Shown here: positions 55,709 through 64,000 of the stretch, piece after piece
Layout: each line of letters starts with the position of its first letter
Position numbering within the stretch: the first letter of the stretch is position 1
Source: Octopus sinensis
Taxonomy: Eukaryota
Assembly (NCBI RefSeq): GCF_006345805.1
Contig: NC_042998.1
Coordinates: 75,888,001 to 75,952,000 of the forward strand
Reading direction: 5' to 3'
Length of the DNA: 64,000 bases
Made by a program: the position numbers and the translations under genes
The notes under the pieces: model-generated
Told to the model about the DNA's origin: nothing
Seen by the model: only the letters and a program-made list of their open reading frames with translations
Database searches by the model: none

Positions 55709-55864
55709 ATTAGATAATAAAACGAATGGTATATACCTGGCAACTTACTGATAAAGCACGGTCATTTTCACAGCGTTCGTTATACATATGGTTAATGTGT
55801 CGAAACAATGGTCGTGATTAATAAAAATTCTCGTATCTTCCATCTTCCGTCTTTCATCTACTAC

Positions 55865-55908
<44 letters not shown>

Positions 55909-56354
55909 TGCACACTGCTTCTATACATGATAATGTCTCGCCCTTCTCTTCCACTAGCACCACAAACACACACACACACACACACACACACCACTTACTG
56001 TTACACTATATTATGTGACCAATCGACCGACACCTCACACTTTCCATTCCTTAACATGAAAACTGCTAAGCTATAAATTGAAACGGAAAATAATCTTCTA
56101 TCAAGAACAGATCGAGTTGACTACGAACTGATTCAGAGGACTCTTCACACGCTACTTGAAGATGGAATTTTTTTGTTCCGAAATATTGGAATATTAAAAA
56201 CGGTATTTTAGACATTTCTGCGTCTTTCTTATTTATTGGCAACGCCATATTTTATTCCGTTTTATTCCTCACTTGCATCGCCATAACGTTTTATTAAAAC
56301 TCATCATTTTTACCCACACATCGCGTCAAGCGAATCTTCAATCATATGTGTGTT

Positions 56355-56454
<100 letters not shown>

Positions 56455-56592
56455 ATATATATAGCTATATGTATGTATACATATATATTTGTATGTATGT
56501 ATACATATATATTTGTATGTATGTATGTATGTATGTATGTATGTATGTATGTATGTATGTATGTATGTATGCATGTTTGCATGCATGTATGC

Positions 56593-56690
56593 AGGCGATG
56601 GCGTGGCTGTGTGTTAAGAAGCTTGCTTCTCAACCACATGGTTCTGGGTACAGTCCCACTGCATGGCACCTAGGGCAAGTGACTTCTAAC
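56593..56690 (+). mobile_element. SINE family A head
   Basis: gtggctgtgtgttaagaagcttgc..acctagggcaagtg. Confidence 0.8.
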
Positions 56691-56704
56691 ATATATATAT
56701 ATAA

Positions 56705-57022
56705 AAAATTCAGGTCCAGATACTGCAACAGCTTGGGTTTCAGAGGACCACAGCTCTTTAACATCCTCCCTAAATGCCTGAGAGACTTACATGGTGTGGA
56801 TGTGGGTTTCTTTAAAACTAAACTGGATCTCTTCTTGTTGGGAGTCCCAGATGAACCTACCTCACGACAGGAGACACGGATGCGGGCAGCAGCATCGAAC
56901 TCCCTTGTTGATCAAGTGCCACGTATCAGAGGTGGATTCACAAACTAGTGTAGCTCATTCAGCGGTGGTGCCCCAGCATGGCCGCGGCCTTCGGGCTAAA
57001 ACATTTTTAAGGATTTAAGGAT
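56705..57022 (+). mobile_element. CR1/L2-group LINE 3' end with intact ORF2 C-terminus and (TTTAAGGA)n tail
   Basis: NSLGFRGPQLFNILPKCLRDLHGVDVGFFKTKLDLFLLGVPDEP..RAAASNSLVDQV*; 3' UTR hairpin ggtgccccagcatggccgc. Confidence 0.85.
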
Positions 57023-57034
57023 TATATATATATA

Positions 57035-57491
57035 TAAATTAGAGATAAAACCACTGTTGTGCAACTCAGACAGTGATAGACATAAACCAATACGTAAATA
57101 ACCAATATATATATTATTTTTTTTAATATAATTTTTTAAATATTATTTTAAATCGAATTTATTTCAATTGAATTTAAACTTAATAGTAATTCGAATTTAA
57201 TTGTAGCCATGAAACGTACGCAGTGTTTTTACATATTATATTATATATTTATCATTCATTTTATACTTTTTGAGATCTAGTTATAAGTTATATATTTATA
57301 AAAAATATATATATATATTTATAAAACAATTATATATATATATATTGGTTATTTATGTATTGGTTTATGTCTATCACTGTTTGAGTTGCATAATAGGGGT
57401 TTCATCACTAATTTATGTTTTATATATTTATACTGTGAAACTTGATTTAATGATAAATTGAATTTTTCCCTGTAAATTTAGAGTTATACTC

Positions 57492-57495
<4 letters not shown>
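57035..57495 (+). mobile_element. AT-rich fold-back element with 3' half of a hammerhead
   Basis: 57036-57092 inverted at ~57357-57414; tagccatGAAACGTACG at ~57204; family of 34013. Confidence 0.7.
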
Positions 57496-57568
<73 letters not shown>

Positions 57569-57620
57569 TTTTATATATATATGTATGTATGTATGTATGT
57601 ATGCATGCATACATGCATAC

Positions 57621-57653
<33 letters not shown>

Positions 57654-57789
57654 TGTATGTATGTATGTATGTATGTATGTATGTATGTATGTATGTATGT
57701 ATGTATGTATATACATACGACGGGCTTCTTTCAGTTTCACTCAATCAAATCCATAGACATGGCTTTGGTTGGCCCGAGGTTATACTAGC

Positions 57790-57950
57790 CAGAGAGAAGG
57801 GTCAATCTTTGTTATGTCAGGGAAGAATGAAAAATCGTGTCTTCTGCATAAGAATTGGTGTTATAAGATATGGTAGCAAGTAGCCCATTGATGTGTAGAA
57901 GAAAGAGAGTGGGGTTAAAACAGAGCTCTAGGGAACTCCAGGTTTGCTTA
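57790..57950 (-). mobile_element. LINE RT fragment (Jockey/CR1 group)
   Basis: PGVP*SSVLTPL..HINGLL..NSYAEDT (GVPQGS and YADD-like motifs). Confidence 0.6.
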
Positions 57951-58214
57951 AGAGTGAGAAAGAAAGAACATAGTCAACACATGAACATTTTCACACCAGA
58001 GTCTTCTCTCTGCTCCTATCTTCCCTGCGGATAATGATCTGCAATAATTTAAACAGAGATTTATGGTATCAAGCTCACTGATCTCGCGGAACCCACAAAA
58101 ATCGTGAGTAGCATGTCTTCCTTGAGACTTAGCAAGTAATGAAAATGTGTATACATTTAGACAATAGTACATGCGTCTACATAAATAGTGTAAGCATGTA
58201 CAGAGATAGTATAT

Positions 58215-58660
58215 TGTCATGAACGCTGAGGGTGTCTTAGCATTACTCAGAAAGACCTTTATCAGCCGCTCTCCAGCTATTATTTTAAATTTGTATATGA
58301 CTATAGTACTATCCATACTTAGAGTTTGCATCTCTAGTCTAGAACCGCTATCTTGCTCAGCATATCAATCTCCTGGAACCGTTCAGAAATGTGCAACCAA
58401 ACGAATACCCGCTGTTAAGCATCTACCATACTTCCCTGGTCATGGGCACGTTAAAGCCCCATCTGGTAACTGACTCGGTACACACTCACAAGATTATCCA
58501 ACATGTTTCCAAAAACAGCCTTCGGCACCTTTTTGAATTCCGTAGGTCTAACAATCGTAAACATGCTTACAAGATCAAAAAACAGCACAGCACCCATGAC
58601 TTCGTGTGCATATTCTATGTTCTGTTCGTACAGCTTTAGTTACCTTTTCTGAAGAGTTGC
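58215..58660 (+). mobile_element. CR1-like ORF2 C-terminal fragment
   Basis: LALLRKTFISRSPAIILNLYMTIV..VQKCATKRIPAVKHLPY..THKIIQH..RKHAYKIKKQ. Confidence 0.7.
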
Positions 58661-58904
58661 AACTGGACACTGTATGCAATAAGTTCGTGATTATTATTAT
58701 TGTTGTTGTTATTGTTGTTATTATTATTATTATTATTATTCCTATTATTATTATCATATACATGACAACACATGTATATTTAAAACAGTTTATGTGTATA
58801 TACAATAGTATATTTCTCTCACATAATAGTATATTTCTATACGTAACAGTGCATCTGTATACAAAACAGTATACATATATAGAATTGTATATGCATTAGG
58901 TGAT

Positions 58905-59048
58905 TACATCAACCCCAGTACTCAACTGGTACTTTACTGAGCCCGAAACGAAATTCCTCGGCGGAATTTGAGCTCAAAGCACAAAGATGGCTGAAATGTC
59001 ACTAAGTATTTTATCTGGCGCTGTAACTACTTTGCCAGATCAACGCCT
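58905..59048 (-). mobile_element. SINE family M fragment
   Basis: ccccagtactcaactggtact..cctcggcggaatttgagctca. Confidence 0.7.
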
Positions 59049-59255
59049 TGCGTGCACGCATAATAACATATAAGTATTTAAGCAAGGACACTTAGATAAA
59101 ATAATAGTACATGCTAATACGTAATTGCACAAGCATACACATAAATAATGCATGCATACATATGATAGTGCTTATATACACATTAATAGTACATTTACTT
59201 ACATAATAGTATAATGCAAAAATTGGTAGTACATATGTATAAAAATTCGTGTGTA

Positions 59256-59327
<72 letters not shown>

Positions 59328-59387
59328 TATATATATAAAGAAGTTTGAAAACGCCACTATATAAGATAAATTTTAATTTTCTTAGAA

Positions 59388-59435
59388 ATTTTACATGTTT
59401 CGGTTCTTCTTGAAAAAACGAACCTTATCAAAAAT
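59388..59435 (-). ncRNA. Hammerhead with U3:A8 core in a Penelope pseudo-LTR fragment (59335-59530)
   Basis: attt-TTGATAA-ggttc..gaacc-GAA-ACATGT-A-aaat; flank resembles 16811-16870. Confidence 0.75.
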
Positions 59436-59729
59436 ATTTCTAAAAGTAAAGTGTAATAAAAAAGTTCATAATTGTTTCTTACTGGTCTCAACAGAATCCA
59501 CGTGGTTGTTTTTAGCTGCCTTATGTGTCTGAATGACCAGTGGCTGAAATGGCAGTAGCAGCAGTGACTGTTGGTCGTAGTAGTAGTAACCGTGGTGGAG
59601 GTGGTTGGGGTTGCAGCAGCTCATTGGTTGTAGCAGCTTAGCTGTGGCAGTAGCAGTAGTAGTGGTAGTGGAAGACTGTTGATCGTAGTAGTAATAGTAG
59701 TGACCATGGTGGTTGTATATATATATAAT

Positions 59730-59774
<45 letters not shown>

Positions 59775-59960
59775 TATGATCGAAAAATAAAGAAAACACC
59801 AAAACGAGTTGAATGAACACAAACAGGATGTATTAGGTTGATGCCTAGCTAAAATGGAAAAAGTCTTTAATGTTTCGAGTCTACGCTCTTCTACAGAAAT
59901 GATAGGCGAGGAGTGAGAATAAGAAACGTGTCTGAGATAAACGCTCAAAGTATGCTCAAA
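59775..59960 (-). mobile_element. Family B hammerhead repeat (motif 59865-59900), decayed
   Basis: ttt-CTGTAGA-agagcgtagactc-GAA-ACAT-T-aaag. Confidence 0.5.
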
Positions 59961-60239
59961 AATATGTATATATAGGCGCAGGCGTGAATGGGTTGTAAGA
60001 AACACGCTTCCCAGCCACACTGTTCCAGGTTCCTTAAACAACACTTATTCAAGAACCTTTTGAGTGGGATGGGCTACTCGACCTGAACAAAAATTCTAAC
60101 TGGAGCTCGCCGTGTTGTACACATATTGTTGTGATGCACGTGCTGGTGTACCCTTATCTGACGAATAGTCATGATAGGTATACTGGGCTTCGTATTATTC
60201 ACCCCAGTGTCACTTTGATGGCACTGCTCTCTCACTCAA

Positions 60240-60321
<82 letters not shown>
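60240..60321. repeat. (GTA)n microsatellite
   Basis: Direct inspection. Confidence 0.95.
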
Positions 60322-60324
60322 CGT

Positions 60325-60503
60325 CCTTTCTACTAAAGGCACAATGCCTGAAATTTGGTGGAGAGGGGACTAGTCGAATACATCAACCCCAATGTTCCAC
60401 TGGTACTTATTTTATCGAAAGGATGAAAGGCAAAATCAACCTCAGTGGAATTTGAACTCAGGACGTAGGAACGGCGAAATACCGCTAAGCATTTCGTCCA
60501 GCG

Positions 60504-60505
<2 letters not shown>
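60325..60505 (-). mobile_element. SINE family M
   Basis: aaaggatgaaaggcaaaatcaacctcagtggaatttgaactcag..gaaataccgctaagcatttcg. Confidence 0.8.
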
Positions 60506-60548
<43 letters not shown>

Positions 60549-60863
60549 TAATAATAATAATAATAATAATAAACCATGACCACAGCATTAATTTGCTTGC
60601 TCTATCTACACCGTGTGTGGTGGTCCCTTTCTAGATATTGACAGGCTGGAGCCGAACCAGAATCTCTGAGCCTACCAGGTGTAATACTGTCACCATCATT
60701 GGCTTCAGTTTCATGTCCACCGTTATTCCCAATATTTTGCTTTTTCATTGTCACTTGTATGAGGTAGCGATTATCAGTTTGCGCAATTACCAGTGTTTTT
60801 CTTGTGATACTATCACTAGGTGTATCATTAATCAGCCCATGAGGAGGCTCCATCCGCCTCCTT

Positions 60864-60894
<31 letters not shown>

Positions 60895-61419
60895 CACTGA
60901 TATCACTGATATTATTGTTTTTATGTGTAGTAGCAGCAGTGGTTGCAGCAACAACAACAGTGGCAGGGGTGGGGTAGTGACAAGGGTGGTAGCTGGGCCT
61001 CAGATTCCTGTGCTATCGTAATAGTAGTAGTTGTAGTATTATTGTAGTATTAGTAGTATTTAGCATTAGCAGCATATTATTTTTATTTTTATCATTATCA
61101 CCATCACCACCACCACCATTGTTGGAGGAAATAGTTGGGCAGCAGTTTGGTGAATAGATCATATTCTACAGGTCCATAAATATATTCGGCAGATGGTGGG
61201 GAGGTCAGCCATAGAGACAAAAGAATCTTCCCACCCTTTGGGGCAGTAGAGGTCAAATGTGTTTACTACTACCAGTGGCCACTGAGACCACTGCCTTGAA
61301 AAGAAGCAATTCAACCTGTTCTATTTGTAATTACTAGTAGAAAAAAAACAATAATAATAATAATAATATATATATATATACATATACACACACACGCACA
61401 CGCACACATAATATACTGA

Positions 61420-62600
61420 TATTCACGTCGTTGAATTTTTGAATTTCTGAATTCAGTTTTGTTGTTGCAATAAAAGGTGTGATTACGTATTTGGATAATA
61501 TATTAAAGTTTTAAAGTTTTCTTGAGATGTTCGTTTGTCTGTCCAGTTGGAGAATACAGTAGGACTTTTGCAATGAAAAGGATGTTTACATTTTCGAATA
61601 ATCAGGGAGATTCAAAAAGAAAAGACAAGTTGTATATTGTAAATTTTTAAGATTTACTAAATATGGTCTTTTGTATGACCGCACAAAGAGAAATGGTAGT
61701 GTTCTTAGAAGAAAAAATAGGAGGATGTTTACATTTTCGAATACTCAGGGAGGGAGGAAAGGATAAGTATGTAAGATATCAATGGCTTTTTTTTTAAGCT
61801 GGTCGTTTGTGTGTTAGAAAGCTGTAGGTATATAAGTTTCCTAACTTATTTCATTTTGAGGGAGATTTAAAATATTCACAGGAAATTGTAAATATTCCAG
61901 ACTTTGGGAATAGTAGGAGGAAGAGATATTCACCTTGTTGGATTTTTGAATTTCTGAATTTCTTTTTCTTTTGGAATTTTTCTTTTCTTTTTAAAAGTTT
62001 TGCTGTGGTGTACTGTTTTTGTAGTTGTGCTGTATGTATATATTGGCAGGTGCTGCCTTAATTTCTTATCGTGTTTTTTACAATAAAAGGCATGCTTACA
62101 TATTCTGTTAGTCTGGGAAGGACAAAGTGTTCACACAAAGTTGGAGATATTAAAGTTTCTAACTTTTTTGAGGTGTTCGTTTGATGTCTGTTCAGAAAAA
62201 ACTGTGGTGTTTTTTCTTTTCCTTCTTTTTTTTACAATAAAAAGGATGTTTACATTTTCGAATATTCAGGGAAAAGGAACGGAAAGAAAAGGAAGGTAAA
62301 ATTTTTTCACAGAAAATTGTAGATATGAAGTGTTTAAAATTTACTGGAGATGAACAAAGAAAACTGTAATGTTCTTGGATGTAATGTAAAGAGGATGTTT
62401 ACATTTTCGAATACTCAGGGGGAAAGGAAATGATAGGTATTCACAGAGGGTGTAGATATTAAAGGTTTTAAAGCTGATTGTTTATGTGTTCGAAAGCTGT
62501 AGATATGTAAGTTCCTTAACTTATTTTGAGGGAAATTCAAAATACTCACAGGAAACTGTAGATATCCCAGTCTTTTATAGTTATTTTTCAGTTTTCCTGC
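61420..62600. repeat. Degenerate internally duplicated AT-rich repeat
   Basis: aggatgtttacattttcgaata four times (~61580, 61722, 62243, 62392); gaaagctgtag..taagtt at ~61817 and 62491. Confidence 0.7.
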
Positions 62601-62694
62601 TGGGTTGTATTAGTGTTTCTGTGTCTTCGGCTGCTGACAGGTCAGAGCAGCGAAGAACACGTCCAGCCCCTGTTACGCCCAGCCGCCTAATTCA

Positions 62695-64000
62695 CATCGA
62701 AAAAGGCAATACGGTAGACAATTACAGGCCGATATCCTGTTTGCCACTTATGTGGAAGTTATTGACTGGAATACTCACAGAGTCAATGTACGAACACCTG
62801 GAAAAAATGGAGTCCTGCCACATGAGCTGAAGGGTTGCAAGCGTAAGTGCAGAGGTACTAAGGATCAACTCCTGGTCGACAAAACTGTACTTACAAGAGG
62901 AGGAAAAGTAACTTAGCCATGTCATGGATCGACTATCGTAAGGCGTACGATATGATCCCACATTCTTGAATTATGGAATGTATGAACCTATTTGGTATTG
63001 CATCGAATGTTGAGCGATTGCTTGGAAAAAGTATGGCGAATTGGAGGACGGATCTGACAGCATACGGAAGAAGTTTAGGGACAGTAGAAATTAGGAGGTG
63101 CATCTTCCAAGGGGACTGCCTGTTCCCACTGATCTTTATACTGTGCTTGATACCACTAACACTGATTATGAGGAAAGCAAAAGCTGGGTATGTATTCAAA
63201 AGCCGCCAACAAAATGCCAACCATTTGTTATTCATGGACGACCTCAAACTTTATGGTAAAAATGAAGCCCAGGTCAGTTCCCTCGGTAATACGGTGTATA
63301 CCTTCAGTGCTGATATCAGAATGGATTTCGGACTGAAAAAGAGTGGTGTGTTAGTCTTGAAGAGAGGCAAAATCAAATGTATGGACGGGCTAACGATACC
63401 GTCCGGGGAGGTTATGAAGCAGATAGAAGAGACGGGCTATAAGTACTTGGGGATTTTGAAAATGGATAAATTGATGGAAAAAGAAATGACAGAAAAATTT
63501 AAGGTGGAGTACTTGAGCAGACTGAGACTGATCCTTAAGTAGAAATTAAACGGACGGAATAAGGTCGAAGCTATCAACACCTGGGCGGTTTCACTCCTTA
63601 GATATGGAGCAGGGGTAATTGCATGGACAGTAGACGAACTAAACAGCTTAGACAGAGAGACAAGCTGCTAACTAGATATGGGTTACTCCACCCAAAAAGT
63701 GACACAGACTGTATGTACCAAGAAAAATGAGGGGGAAGAGGACTTATTGGATGCGAACACAGCATTACAGCAGAAGAAAACAACATAGCATGGTATGTAA
63801 AAAATGCCGCAGAACCACTATTATTAGAAGTAAGAAGGTCAGACTTGTGTAGGATGAAAGATTGCAAACATAAAGCACTATACAAGAAATTGAAAACGAA
63901 TGAAACTGAAAATAGGTGGGTAAAGAAAAGAATGCATGGTCAATTTCATAGGAATGTTGAAGATAAGACAGAAAAAAGATGGCTGTGGATGATTAAAAGT
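62695..64000 (+). mobile_element. 5'-truncated R4/Dong-clade LINE reverse transcriptase, runs off the window
   Basis: [20 protein letters not shown]; WIDYRKAYDMIPH; IFQGDCLFPLIF; HLLFMDDLKLY; GYKYLGI; MHGQF; several stops and frameshifts. Confidence 0.9.

Overview
AT-rich, microsatellite-dense animal genomic DNA. The SINE families resemble those of octopod cephalopods (inference). I found no supportable host protein-coding exon; almost all listed ORFs are translations of (TA)n/(CA)n/(TACA)n tracts. The window is a mosaic of decayed mobile elements: three tRNA-derived SINE families, RTE, CR1-like and R4/Dong LINE fragments, a DD37D (maT) transposon, three mariner remnants, two non-autonomous Helitron-like elements, a very decayed Gypsy-like gag-protease-integrase region and Penelope-like (GIY-YIG) remnants. 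The main unannotated signal is about 18 minimal type I hammerhead ribozyme motifs in roughly ten families of Penelope-associated non-coding elements. These elements occur as fold-back palindromes (including two 1.35-kb hairpins with a hammerhead on each strand), as 351/480/557-bp terminally redundant retrozyme-like units, and as a tRNA-headed SINE. They show core covariation (U3:A8), family-specific palindromic stem III sequences and a strong association with (TA)n tracts. There is one 100-N assembly gap. All coordinates were read by eye and may be off by a few bases.
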